In this document: positions 13,808 through 27,535 of the stretch, one piece after another
How the letters are laid out: every line of letters starts with the position of its first letter
Position numbering within the stretch: position 1 is the stretch's first letter
Assembly: GCA_001949185.1 (NCBI GenBank)
Contig: BDGG01000021.1
Location: forward strand, 272,817 to 336,816
DNA length: 64,000 nt
From: Ramazzottius varieornatus
Lineage: Eukaryota > Animalia > Tardigrada
Direction: 5' to 3'
The notes under the pieces: model-generated
Told to the model about the DNA's origin: nothing
What the model saw: the letters and a program-made list of their open reading frames with translations, nothing else
Databases searched by the model: none
Translations under genes and position numbers: made by a program

Positions 13808-16800
13808 TCACTGGACGTGATGGATTCGGACCTTTTTAGGAGCATGTTTGACCTTGTAGGCTCGTTTCCAAATGTCTACCAGACAGGCCGCTGAGTGAAA
13901 GCTGTACAGAGAACAGAAGACTCTTGTTTTTGGAAATGGCGACTTATTCAGCCTAGTGTCCACATGGGGGATCAGCTTACCGGTAGAAAATAAGCAGGGG
14001 AACTGTGACGTGAATAATCAGGGTCCACCTGAAAGGAGCAAGTTGCTGGCTAATGACGCAGTTCCGGCTGGAAGTAAAGCTGTGAGGACTTACTGTTCGG
14101 CTCCAAAGAAGTCTCTTTGAGCAGAGCTGACGTTCCTTTGCATCAAGCAAAACACCTACAGTGTAAATCCAGGGAAGGCTTTTACAAAATGATATGCAGT
14201 AGTACTCCTGTGGGCCAATGATGTAATCAAGTGTTTTACATTGACAGCCCAAAGGCCGAAATTGAGCAGAAGGAGGAAGGTCAAGGTTTCCCGGCCATGC
14301 TTCAAATAGGGCAGCGAGTCGGTCTTGGGATTGAGCAGTCTCGTTCCGGCCTCCACAATGAAGACGGTCTGCAGCGTCGTTTCTACCAAGCGGAGGACCG
14401 CGTCGACCAGCGAGAGGGTCAGCTGGTAGCCACTTCCGCCGTGACTACCGATTAAAGTGATGACACAGTAAGCGTAGACGCCTATCTAAAACAACAATAT
14501 CATTTGAAATCGACCCAGTCAATTTCTAATAGAGTCAGGATTTTACTAGGAAAGATGATACCAACCATGCAAATATTGAGCAACCGTGTGTCGGTCTCTT
14601 CAAGGCTCTGTACTTTTGCTTTAGGAATGTACTTGATGAACTGGCGCATGCAGTAGATGGTGGCAATAAGGGTTATTGCGTTTAGAACTATGGCCATAAC
14701 GGCTGCAATGAGGGCGGCGGTGGCATCGTCGACCCCTTCGCCCCCTTCGTCCTTGTCGATAAAGACGAAGAAGAGGATGATGCCGACGACCGTCATGATC
14801 AGCTATAGTAAGTAATGCAAAGTATCAGAGTGTCATATCTTTAGAGAAAGACCGCAAAAGGGTCATTAAAAATGTTACCGTGATCATGCCGCAGAAGAAG
14901 CCTTTGGCGGCCTGGTCCCAGTCGATGGAGTAGCGCGTCCTTCGCCGTCGCGGAGCGGGCCGAGCATGCGCCGGCTCCTCTGTCAACACTTGAGGCAAAT
15001 GCGCCTCCTTGCAATTGACCTTATGATGGTCAGCGCCGATGACTTGCCAGGCGCTGAAGATGACGTCGGCGGTGATCAGCGTATATTCTATCAGGCAAGG
15101 ATAGAGGAAAATGGAGGCTCGTTCCAGTATATCTTGCATCAGCGACTCTTCATTCAGACATAGCGGGGCGTCCGAGTCTTCTGCTGAGACAGAATAGCGC
15201 AGCTGCGGAATGTGCCCGTGGGTGGGTACAGGAAGCTGGGGACTTACCTGTGAAAGGATGGTTTCCAACGGTGGTCAGCTGTTGGGACACGGGGTCTTTC
15301 CTCTTATTATCAACCATTAGCCACATTGGGCTGGAGTGATTAGTCTGCGCTTCTTTTTCAGCCACCAGAGAAATGGCGTGATGCGTCTCATCAAAGAGGA
15401 TGCGAATCCAGACGGACAAGTCGGTTGCCACAAGGTGGATCAAGCCGAACCAGCATAGAGCGTAATGGAACCTCGTCGACAGTCGGAGCTACGGTGAGTA
15501 AACAGTCTCAAGAGTGTGACATACGATATTCACAGAAACAATCCATCATGTCCATCGGTGATGTTACCTGTGATATCTGAAAGACCAAGTACAGCTGCAT
15601 GGTCAAGAAGATGGCGAAAAGGCCGGGTTCGACACCTTTGACGATATTCAAGCAGGCGCGATTCTCCACATATACGCCAACGTCCAGGCAGGTGTAGACC
15701 AAGGAGCCAATGGCGAAAACTAGAGCGCCGAAACTGTGGTAGAAGCTGGGACTGCCGATGGCTCTCTCTGATCTGATACACTCTGCGGCATCTGTTGGGT
15801 GTTTCTCCCTGGTATTCTCATGACACTGCTCTTGACTGAAGACTTTGCGGAATGTCAGTCTGAGGTGATGAGGAGGCTGGGAGGACAGGAAGGAAGTGGC
15901 AGAGTAGCGTTTGCGTTTTCGGATAAGGAGGAAGTAGGCAAGAACCAGGAAGCAGATGCCCATACTAGTCATGGCCACGTTGAACCACTGGAAGGAAAGG
16001 ACACAAGTGCCGTGAAAAGGGGAAGAAGGGAGCAGAGGTATGTCTTTTTATTCATACTCGAGCATAGACTGAGTTGATGTTGTGCGTTAGATTGGAGGCC
16101 AGTGTCAAGCTGATACTGGTCGTCGAGATGAAGACACCATACAGCATACTGGCGTTCTTCCATAATTTGGCGCTGAAATGACAGTCGAGCGAAACACCGT
16201 AAATTATGGAGCCTGGAAAGCAGGATGCAGCTGACGCTTAGAGACTGACCATTGTGCTCTGACAGGTTTGGCTTGAAGTTCAGTCAGTTGCAGGGGGTCT
16301 CTAAAGGGCTCTTGCAAGTAACCGTTAATTGTGCTTGTCTTCGGGTCGCTGCTGGACGGACAGGGATGTGGCCAATGAAATCGCAGCACGGGTGTCGAAG
16401 ATGTCGCAGCTGAAGAAGCGGCAAGCTCGAAAGCACTGGCCGCTGAGTAGTGACTCGGCTGTATTCCGAATGACTCTCCAAAACGATACCGTCCTTTCTC
16501 CTCCACCAACTCAGTATTAAGCGGAGAAAACCTGCAAGCCCAGTTGAAGCAGTCAATTATCCAGCTATTCGGCTTCTTTACGCATAACAACATCGGTCAA
16601 GAAAAATCGAAGCATACCTGAGCACTGAAAGCCTTGAATATTTCTCTTCCATAGGCGATGGGGCTGTCGGAAGAAGGAAAGGCGGAGAGTTGACTGGGAT
16701 GTCGTAATGTCCGGGCGGACATTCTGGCGAGCTTGCCGAGAGGTCGCCAGGTATGTCGGTGGACTCCACCGAGCAGGTTCGACAGGAACTGGAGTCGGGC

Positions 16801-16865
16801 TCATCGTAGATACCTTCTTTGGCCGTCAGGCTGGACAAGGATCGCGGACGAAAGGTTTGTAACAT
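13808..16865 (-). CDS. Otopetrin family proton channel
   Basis: Motifs GALVFAIGSLVY, FGLIHLVATDLSVWIR, FLYPCLIEY, YSIDW..AAKGFFCG, TFLLLLNFGLW, and spliced C-terminal VPLLIFYRFHSAACLVDIWK; stop at 13808. The 5' end is uncertain. Confidence 0.88.
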
Positions 16866-18542
16866 GACTGTAAGCGACGTTTGGGCACTAATTGCACTGA
16901 GGGGAATGTTGCTGTCTAGGTCTTGATGGCGGCTGTGGCTAAATGACCACGACGATCTTTGACGGCGTGACAGGGCCCGTGTTTGCCCAGTTCCGCTGAC
17001 TGCAGCTGTAGACCTCGAGCTTGAGCCGCTACATTATCATGTGCGACGAGCTCGCTAGCCACTTGACGACAATTGATGACGAATTTCCGATGAGATAAAC
17101 CACTCAAGGACCGGCTCTATAGCTGGCCCATCTTCCTCTCATTAATGCGCTTTGTCTTGGCTGTACAAACACTTCCCACTGTCTTTTTCTTTCAGGATGC
17201 AAGAACGACAACAAGAAGTTGCTGACGGCTGGTACTCCATATTGGGCATCCGCAAAAGTTGACGACGACAAAAAGGCGCCTGGCAATGTTTTGCCACCGA
17301 CACCAGTTCGCGCCTTATTTTGGACGATAATGCGGATTTTGCAACTTAATCCTAGTATTTTTGAAAAAGGAACCTTATTGTAGAATTGCTTAACACTGTG
17401 CGTACGAACGTCCTCTTTGTGTATACAATCACTCAGTTTTATTCACCTCCCAGTTTTAGCTTTTGGTCTTTCGGGTCGTGGTCTTTTTGTTTGCATGTAC
17501 CTCGGTCTTCTCACCAAAGCAACACTAATGACCAGCGGTCAGCAAGCCCCCAGCACGCTGGATTTTTTTTCTACGGTTTCGGGTGGTTTTGGTGAAGTTT
17601 GGTGTTTCGTCTCTTCGCGCGAGACACGTGCACGGTATTCGCTTAGAAAAACACTGGAGCATTGGGGACAGTCTTATCTATCGAAGCCGAGCCTGGGATC
17701 AATTTTGTAGTCATCAGTGCGGTCAGAAGAAAATCAAGACTAGTTTTCCCCTTTGAGATTTGGCGTTCATCGTTTTATCATCGCCAGTTATCCGAATTCT
17801 GAAATTTCGAAAATTGCATATTGGTTAGACCAGCCTCCGCAACACGTTACCAGCCAATAAAATTCCTGTATACACAAAGAGGATGGGTAGTATTCTGCAA
17901 ACATGAAAACGATCGTGCTGAAAGTGTTAATATTTTTTTCCGATTGATCGAATTTGACAGTGTCAGATCAGAAAATTGATGCGAGATGACGAGAGGGAGT
18001 TCTGCTATAATTATGTTGACAAGTGGTGGAGGTAGCCTTGTGCATGACCCGCTTCCGCGAAACCGCAAACGTTTTGATTACACAAGAGCGTAGTACAACC
18101 ATGGCGGCTTACTGTCTTACAAGCAGTTCAAGGAGTTGTCCGACTTTAGTTGTTGTGACATCGGATTTGCAGAATTGATGTATGTCATGGGCGAAGGCCT
18201 GTTAATGCACGCATAGCCCTGCACGATGTCTTCATTAAATACCACAACAGAAGACGTGCCCACCACGCCCACCTCCAGCCTAACTTTGCTTCTCCATCGT
18301 TTTCTGTGCACGATGCGGGTCACCTTCCCTCCCATTCCTTATGTTGTCCCCTCATTGGAAAAGCGATACGCCTGTCACATACGACGAAAGTTTCGATATG
18401 CAAAGCATATAACAGGCTATCAAAATTTTAGTTGTTAGGTTTTCGGCTGACTGGTATTTCTCGTCAGCGCATAGAAGATAGAATTCGAAAGTCTGATTTT
18501 CTTCTTTCTTGTAGTTTAAGGGTCTCATATCGTGATATCAAG

Positions 18543-20674
18543 ATGTTTTTAATTCGTTTTAGTTTTGTAGTCGGTTTGGCGAGCCAGTGTGTCTTCGCGC
18601 TGGCTTCGACAGAGTCACGGCGATCCAGGAGACAAGTAGCGCTACCACCTCTTCCAGCTCAATCAAAAGCCGGTAAGAACCACATACCCTGGCTTCTGCT
18701 ATCTTGACATATCGATTTCTGTTGTTTTTCTTTTTAGTGGTGGAAACGGTAGAGAGGCAAGATACGGTAGTTCCACCGAACGGCAAGGAAATCCCCGTCG
18801 CATCGTCCAGCCAGACACAGATGCCGGCAGGTATGTCGGCTTGACATACTGTTGCCTGCTGTGACAACTCAAGACTAATTCTGCTAATTTTCTTTCTTAT
18901 TGTTCTCCTTCCGTAATAGCTGCTGTCGAAAGTCCGGCATTCCTTAATGCCAAAGCAGGACCAATTGGAAGTACCGTCGTCGTTGCGGTCCCCGCAACAC
19001 GCCCTGGTGCCGGTAAGCTCGTCTTTCCCCCGTTGTCACATCATTTCAGCCCAACGGGTCGCTGGCTTTTTTGATACACGGCCCTTTTGGTTTTAGTGGT
19101 GGAAACGGTGGAAACTGATGATACGGTGGTCAACCCAGCCGGCGTGGAGGTCCCCCTTTCAAAGTCGTCGACCAGCCAAATCACACCTGTCGCCATTAGC
19201 TCAGGTGACAATCTCACATCATGCTTAGTCAGTACAGAAGTCTAGTCAATGTTAAATGCTAACTATGGGCTTTTTTGTTGATGTAGTTCCTGGAGGGAAG
19301 GAGGTGGTGACACCTCTGGTTAGTACGGCTAATGCTCAAGCGCCGGCAATTCATGCAGGCATTGTGCCTGTTTCTCGAGGAATTCAAGGCAGGCCTGTTT
19401 TTTAGAAAAATTCCTCATTGAGGCTGCGGGATCATCATCATCTGTAGGTGTATGTGTTTTTGCAGTGTTTGACACCTTCCTGGAACAAGATACGGTTGTC
19501 GGTCTGGATGGACAGGAAGTTCCGGTCAATACCAATGTCCAGTCCAGATCGTCGCCCATCTTCCTCTCTCAAGGTTTGTTCACAATCCTTTAAGTTCAGT
19601 CTCGTCGTTCGCTGGGCTCAGAGTTTCGCCAATCTAGCTGAATGTCTAAGGAGCCTGTAGGGCACAGTAATTCAGCAAAATCCACTGATGGCCTAATCAC
19701 CTTGTTCAACAGGTGTTTCCAAGCGGGAATTTGCCGACCGAATTCCATTCCCACTGCCCAAAGGAAATGTGACCCAGAGCAAGCCCCGCATGTTCAAGAT
19801 AGGTAAAGGCTTCGTTCCTGCCTCCATGAAGAAGCACCTGATTAGGACTCCAGTAGCGGCCCTGAGCAGAAACGATGTCAACAAGATGACGATCACCGTT
19901 CCGAATGGCGTGGAGGTTGGCTTGGCGGAAGTCAAGTTCACCACCATCGCAGCCTTGACCACCCAGAAAGTTCCCACTGTACCGTCTACCACCACCACCA
20001 TACCCAAGACATCGGCCATCAAGCAGCAGGCTTTCCTGGTGGGCAACACCTCCTTGCCGTCGTTACTAAAGAACATCCAGAAGGCCACCAGCAACGCCAC
20101 CACTGCCAGGATTGCTACCACATTTCCTACCACCCAAATTGTACTTGCTGATCGTTTTAGCCACAAGACAAAGTGATGTTGACTTACATCGTTTCTGTCT
20201 TTGAACGACTTTCAGGTATCAGCGGTGTCGACGACAGAGCAGCCGGTCGTGAGAAATATAACGACGGATGGGGTTTCGCAGTTTCCCATGTCTCGAGAGA
20301 ACAAGGAGATTTACGCCATCGCTGCACGAGCTGAAGTGTCCAACGCCACCTTCACTGCCTCAACAGTCTCTTCAGTGCTGATGGGCAATGTCACCTCCAA
20401 CACAACCATCGTCACGACTATTACCAGCAAGAAGCAGACGGCCCAGACTTCACAAGGAGCAACTCCCATGGTCACCACCATCAAGAAGACACAAACCATC
20501 CAGACCTTCGCTCCAAAAGCTGTTCCACTGGACGATGAAATGCCTCCAGTGACCAAGAAGCAGCTGGACATCGCAGCCGCTAAAGCCTTGATCGAACCAA
20601 AGAATATCCATATAGCTAATAACAAGACTTTGACTCACTTTGCTGATTTCAACCCTCGAGAGCGTTTCGAATAA
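18543..20674 (+). CDS. Orphan secreted protein with exon-encoded DTVVxPxGxEVP repeats and a Thr-rich mucin-like C-terminal half
   Basis: Signal peptide MFLIRFSFVVGLASQCVFALA followed by RRSRR-Q. A series of small phase-1 exons (18738, 18920, 19097, 19287, 19466, 19713) splices in frame into the T-rich ORFs 19769-20176 and 20201-20674. Confidence 0.72.
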
Positions 20675-20943
20675 CTTTCTGGTTCTCAATGTCTTTTCTC
20701 ATCCTGAGTCTTTTTCACGGCATGCGACATCAGTATTATTCCAACTCTACAAAAGTAGGACAAAGCACAAAAACTTGCTGATAGTTTTCAATGGCAAGAA
20801 TTTAGAAAACGACATAAAACAGGCAGAACAAAAGTTCAATACAGGAAGAACATTGCTAAAATGAATAAAACATCCAGGAGAAAGCATTCTGTAACGGGCA
20901 TCAGCATAACACAAGGCTGAAAACAGTACCGAACTGAAGAAGA

Positions 20944-21633
<690 letters not shown>

Positions 21634-21835
21634 CCTGAAAGTAGAACAGATTCAAGCTGGACGATGATCAGGAACAACCAGGAAGTGGGTGGCACCAGAT
21701 TAAAGGTCAGTTCTACTGGATAACCTTTGCTGGGTCAGAGGTCAGCGATTCTGACAGGTGACAAGTGGAGGAAGCAAACTGAATGCAGACTCTCTGTCTG
21801 AGATCCGAATCATCGAAATGGAAAATCCTACTGCT

Positions 21836-22598
21836 ATCTTCTAAGCTCTGTCTCATCTACCGATAGGTGGTACTTTTAGCCTCCTGGCTAACTCATCCAA
21901 CATTTTTTTATGGTTTCTTTTACGACCATAGTTCTTAGGTAGCGTGGCGGGTCTACTTGGCCGTTCTAGAAAGTCAAGATCAGCTCTTGATCATCCTGCT
22001 ACGGGGGAAGATCAACTGATAGGATCTCTGATCCTCAGTATGTACTATCCTCCACACAGTCGTACGCGTAAATCAGTCCCGCGTAGTGAGCACGTATCAG
22101 GCCGGTTCATCAACGATAAACTATAATCAGTCGGACGAATNNNNNNNNNNNNNNNNNNNNNNNNNNNNNNNNNNNNNNNNNNNNNNNNNNGTTCATCAAC
22201 GATAAACTATTAATCAGTCGGACGAATATACGCCATGAGCACATGATCATGTAATCAATGCACGCTGGACTACCCCTGTGCGATACTGCACATTCAAAAT
22301 CGACTGATTGACAGCTGCTCGTTGATTGGCCGGTCCACCGCGTGCTGACTACCCGGGACTGATTCACGCGTACGAAAGTTCCAAGGGCCATATATAACGG
22401 GGATCAGAGATCCTATCAGCTGATCTTCCCCGGTAGCGGGATGCAAAAGAGCTGATCTCAACTTTCTGATTCGGCCAGTATGACCCGCCTCGTGATCTAA
22501 GACTTCGGGCCGAGGAAAAATCCGCGAAAGATGTCGGATGAAGTGGCCAGGGGAACAGAAGTACCACCCATCGGCAGATGAAACAAAGCTTAGATGAT
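21836..22598. repeat. Diverged long inverted repeat (about 280-bp arms), foldback/MITE-like, with an assembly gap in the loop
   Basis: 21836-22113 matches the reverse complement of about 22318-22598; GATAGGATCTCTGATC and CGTACGCGT.AATCAGTCCCG blocks are shared. About 37 bp is duplicated on both sides of the N gap. Confidence 0.8.
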
Positions 22599-22945
22599 CT
22601 TCGCGATTTGGGGCGGAGTTAATAACTATGACTGAGATGGCGTCGCCGCACAGCACCAACAACAAAGAGAACGGGCGGGCAGCCCTTCTGTGTTTGATTT
22701 CTCAAATTTCCTAATAGCAAACTGTCAGCTCTTTCCTAGCTTGACCGCAGAGATTTCATCGTCCCAGAATTATGCCTGAAAGGCGTGCGATGTTCAGTTC
22801 CTAAAGGGCGAAGAAAATTCCGAGTTATTAAGACGAAATACTTTTACAGATCTGGTTATTGGAGGATTGATAGCTGACCTCTCGATGGTAGCATCAGCAT
22901 GAATCACGGGTAAAGCTTGCAAAATGACAAAACAAACAAAAAGAG

Positions 22946-24004
22946 CTAACGTGAAGGACGATGTCGAAGATCGAGTTGGAGAACTTCCTTCCAGGAACGA
23001 ATAGGGATAAGTTTGGTATAGTATTTTGTCGAGAACTCTTCTATCAGATCGGACATGCAATCGGGCAGTTCCCCAACTTGCTTCCCTAAAACTCAAAAAC
23101 TGCTTTATTGCAAGGCCTAAATTTCGGCCTGTATCAGCTATTTGTAGTTTTGCCTTACCGATGTCACCGGCGAATTCTGCGAATGGTGGAATTACAGTCT
23201 CCGGAGGAACATACGTGTTGTCAGCTATGCTAACGCAGTCCCGTATAATCACTCCACAAATCTGTGATTATAGACCGATCGTAAATTATTGATAACTCGA
23301 CTATGGGAATATCGGGCATGGATTCACTGACATCGGAAGAAAACACATCTTTCGGTTTTGTATGAGAAACAGATTGTGATTACCACTACACAGTTTTGTC
23401 TGATGTAAATATGGTTGACGATCAAGGAAGCTTGCACAAAACTATTTTCATTCACCGATGTTCATGCTCAAATACATAAAACTTAGTCCGGTGGCTCCGG
23501 ACTGCGTGTTGACCGCACTGCAACACGGAAGTTGATGGTCAGCAATATAAAAGCGTGTTCAAAAGCCGAAATTATATATCGCAGGGAACACATACGGTTT
23601 ATCAAGCTTGGTTTCAGTACGGCTCCTCGGCCGAGCACAAAGAACTTTCCGATACGGACGGCAGCCAGATCTGCCCGGATAACAGAATCTTGCTCCAGAA
23701 TCGACTGAAAGGACAGTAGTAGTACGTCACAGCGATATCAGTGCTTTGCGCACTCACTTCCGGTCGCCGCTATGTCCAACCCTATTCCAGTTTCCTTTGC
23801 CCACCTTGCCGCTAAGAAGTATCTGTTCACCGCCGCATAAGATCGTCTTCTTTTTGACTTTGTTTCCAGTGTTCTAAAAGTGAGGAGCGTCACGGTAACC
23901 CAATGATGTCTCTGCCAACATTCTGGTACATAGCAAGATGACAGCAGACGTACTGTTTCGATAAAGTCCTTTGGGTAGTAGAATCTTTCCTCCGTCTCGA
24001 ACAA
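22946..24004 (-). pseudogene. DCTN5: Dynactin subunit 5 (p25) homolog, apparently disrupted
   Basis: Spliced exons give YPKDFIET|NTGNKVKKKTILCGGEQILLSGK|SILEQDSVIRADLAAVRIG...IRDCVSIADNTYVPPETVIPPFAEFAG...GELPDC. Exon 4 has in-frame stops and a frameshift near 23450 (ATCGGTGAATGAAAATAG), and exon 1 has no in-frame ATG. Confidence 0.65.
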
Positions 24005-24504
24005 GATCGGCAGTAATGTTTTGCAAGGTGAATAGCTTCATGTGGGAAGATTATAGTGAAGCCGTAAACGGAGTTGGCAAACAAGTGAGAACTGACTCAA
24101 CTGAGAAGATGAGAAAATTCCGTTTGTTGTTGTTTTGATTTGGGAGTTTGCGATAAAATGAAAATGACAAGAGTGACTGCCAAACCAAGACCAAGTCAAT
24201 CAACCGGATTACGTATCTTCCTGATCAGAATTCAGAAGTTTTGTTCTGGTCATCGTCTTCCAGTCTATCTCCAGATCCCACAAGAGGAAGTTCGTTCTTC
24301 ATCCCCTGCGGAGATATTTTAGGGAAAGGTGGCATGGCACAGTGGTGAGGAGAGGGCGCTGGGTCGAAGCAGACTGGTAAAGGAATTGTCCGTGAACATT
24401 AGCAGTGCTGCCCTGGTCGAGTGTTTGATACGTGGCATGTTTTCTTCATAATTATCCATCAGACGGAAACGCTGCAATGTGAAGGCGCGCTGCTGCCTCG
24501 CTAC

Positions 24505-27348
24505 ATGGAGGATGCAGGCGCACCTTCTGGCTCGTGGGACAACGGGGTAAGTAGCACGATGCGATAAGATGGAAGCAGTTGCGCCGTTATGATGTTGCTG
24601 TTTAGGACGGAGCGCATGTGGCCACCGGAAGTGGGCTCAAGTCAGCCATGCCCGACCTTGTTCCCGTCCCCAATGATCAAGCGGCAGCTACGGAGCATCC
24701 ATCGCTGTTGTCCGACGTGAAGGTGCAGAACGGGGCCGCGGAAGAGAAAGCAGCTGACGTAACGGTACACTTGGAACTTATCGCAGTCCAGCTCTTCGTC
24801 GTATTACTCTCAACTGCTTCTTTTTTTTAACAGCAGAATGGGATGGTCAACGGCGAAGTGGCCGAAGCAAAGAAGAAGATTCCGGTAGGTCTAGTCCGGA
24901 GTATCGAATTACATACAACGCCGTTGTGCAGTGCCTTCAGTATGTGTGATGCATGTGGAAGGAATTTCGTTCATTTCGCGCTGGCTTTTCAGGTGGAATC
25001 ATTAAGCAAAGAAGAGCTGATTGTGCAAGTCAAGAAGCAGATGATTCTGTTACAGAAAACGAAAGCGAAATATGATGGTAAGAGCAGCACTATAGGTATG
25101 GAAAATTGTTGGTTGCGAATTCCTTTTGAAGAGTTTGTCTGATGTTAGAGTTGCAAAGGAAGTTCACCGATCTGGAAAACGAGCAAGGAATCGTGGCCGC
25201 CAACAAGAGCGACGATGCTCGCATTGCAGCTCTGGAAGCCGAGCTAAAGCAGCAGAAGGAGCTGCAGCGCAAGGCGCAGGAAGTGAGCAACCGATCGGTG
25301 GCTGACTTGGAGCTGCGCGACTACCAGCGGACCATCGCTCAGCTCAACGACAAGGTGACGGCCAAAGATGACTGCATCCTCCGTCTGACCCAACAGCTCC
25401 ACTCCTGCGAACAGCTCCTAGTGGAGAAGCACAATGCTAATCAGCAACAGCTCCTCACTATCCAGCAACTCACCCAAAAGAACGAAGGGTACTGACTTGT
25501 AAAACATTAGCAGATGAGTGTAACTGACAATATTTGTTCTTGGATTTGTAGGTTGGAAGAAGAGTTGAACAAGAGTCGTTTGGCTTCTTTGGTCAACGAC
25601 AAGACGATCGCTTCCCTCCGGCAAGACACGCATTCCCTGCAAGCGCGTGTCCACGAGCTGGAAGGAACCATCGAGAGTCACGCCGACCAACAGTCCGACC
25701 TCGTTCGTACTTATTCCACCCTCCAAGAAACCCTGGCGGCCAAAGAGCGTCTGCTGCAGCAGAAGACAGCGGAGATCTCCCGCTTGACCGTTGACGTCAG
25801 CCAAGGCCGCAGCCAGCACGATCTGCTTATTAAAGAGTTTGACGAGTACAAGGTCCGGGCGCAGACGCTGCTGAAACAACAGAATGACACGTCGAAAGTG
25901 GCGTCGCAGCAGAGGGAAGTGGAAGAACTGCATGACAGGTATGCGGACATGGAGAGGGAACTGGCAGAGACTCGCCATCAGCTAGCCCTCTCTCAAGAGA
26001 GGATGAATAGTCAGAAGAATGCTAAAGAGGCGCTGCAGAGAACGTTGGACAGTGAGAGAATGAAAGCCCATAAAACGCTGCTGGAATGCCACATGAAACT
26101 TCGAACGGCGGAAACCAACCAGGTAATCGATTAGTGCAGGTCATCTGGAAAGCACCGCCGAGTTTTCTTGAACCTGCATACCAGGAAGCATTGTTGAGTA
26201 CGAGGCTCCGTGTATACAGGTGCGCGAAAGAGTAGTGTGTTCTGCTCATTGTCTTTCTAGTTCACCTGGACCTGCTGATTGTCCGATTTCTGTTTTGCCG
26301 AATGTTCTGGCGGTTATCGGTTACTGTAGATGTTTCTCTTTTTGCAGGAAAATCTGCGGAGTGTGCAGGAGAAGAAGGTAGAATCGTACGAAGGCGAGTT
26401 GAGGTCGCTGAGAGAGATGTATGGATCGACAAAGGACAAGTTGTCGGAGGAGCTCTTGTCGTTGCGTGCGCAGAACCAGCAGCTACAAGAGAAAGTCGGC
26501 TCTCAAGTGGTGGATAGCAGGCTGCTGATGGAAGGTCCCTCTTTCGGTCGTAGCAAGTCGGAAGAGTACCCTGTCGACGACTGCCACGACTCGGATGAAG
26601 GCTCCAATGGTCGCTCCTCACCCTTCTCTAATATGCCCACACCCTTAGGCCGTACTATCAGCAACATGTCCTCCAACACCGATAAGGTTTGTACTGGCCA
26701 AGCCTTGCATCATTTCCCACGCCGTGAGACAGGAGCGGCCGGCAAAACGAAACGTACAAGATTGTTGAACCAAGTGGCGCACGCTTCCAGCCAAATATGC
26801 CCAAAGCGTGTGCCACTTGGAAAGAAGGATCTTGTCCGTTTCGTTTGCCGCCTTTTCCATGAATATTTTGAAGATGGGAATGGGGTGTGTTATTCCTTTC
26901 TGGTTCTGAGGTGTCGTCCTCGCGTCTCCCTCTGGAGCAGCTGATTGCCTTTGGGCCGGCCGTGGCCGACCGTCTGACGACGACGGCCAAAGATGTTGAC
27001 ACGCGGCGCATCAAGCACCTGTCGGAGTTGCTGCACGAGAGCGAGAACAGCAACGTCCAACTGCACGAGCAGATTCGTCTCTTGAAGCACGAACTGCGCC
27101 GCATGGAGCACAACGTCGAGCGGGAGAAGCACCACAACTCGATGGAGTACCTGAAGAATGTCCTGATGAAGTTTCTGACGCACCGGGTGGCCGGGCAAGA
27201 ACGGGAGAAGCTGATCGAGGTCCTGACCACCATCCTGCAGTTGACCGTCGACGAGCGGCAACAGCTGAAGGCTATTACTGCCTCCCACATTCCTGATCAT
27301 TTACGCTCTTGGGGCAACTATCTTAATCCTTGGAAAGCCAAAGAGTGA
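24505..27348 (+). CDS. GCC2: GRIP and coiled-coil domain golgin (GCC2/GCC185-like)
   Basis: N-terminal ESLSKEELIVQVKKQMILLQKTK; coiled coil with EFDEYKVRAQTLLKQQ; C-terminal GRIP domain MEYLKNVLMKFL...EREKLIEVLTTILQL...W..YL..W. Confidence 0.8.
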
Positions 27349-27535
27349 ATGGTCAAACCTCCAAGGCTTTATTTATTTCTTTTATCTTTACAACGAAATG
27401 TCTACAAACGTCTTTCAAGTTTTCAAAACAAACTGTACAACCGGTTATGGTCTTTTCTTTCTCTCCCCCTTATGGTCAAATTCTTTGGTCGGTGTATACA
27501 AAGCGTGATATAAAGCCTGAAAAAGGCTGTTTCTC

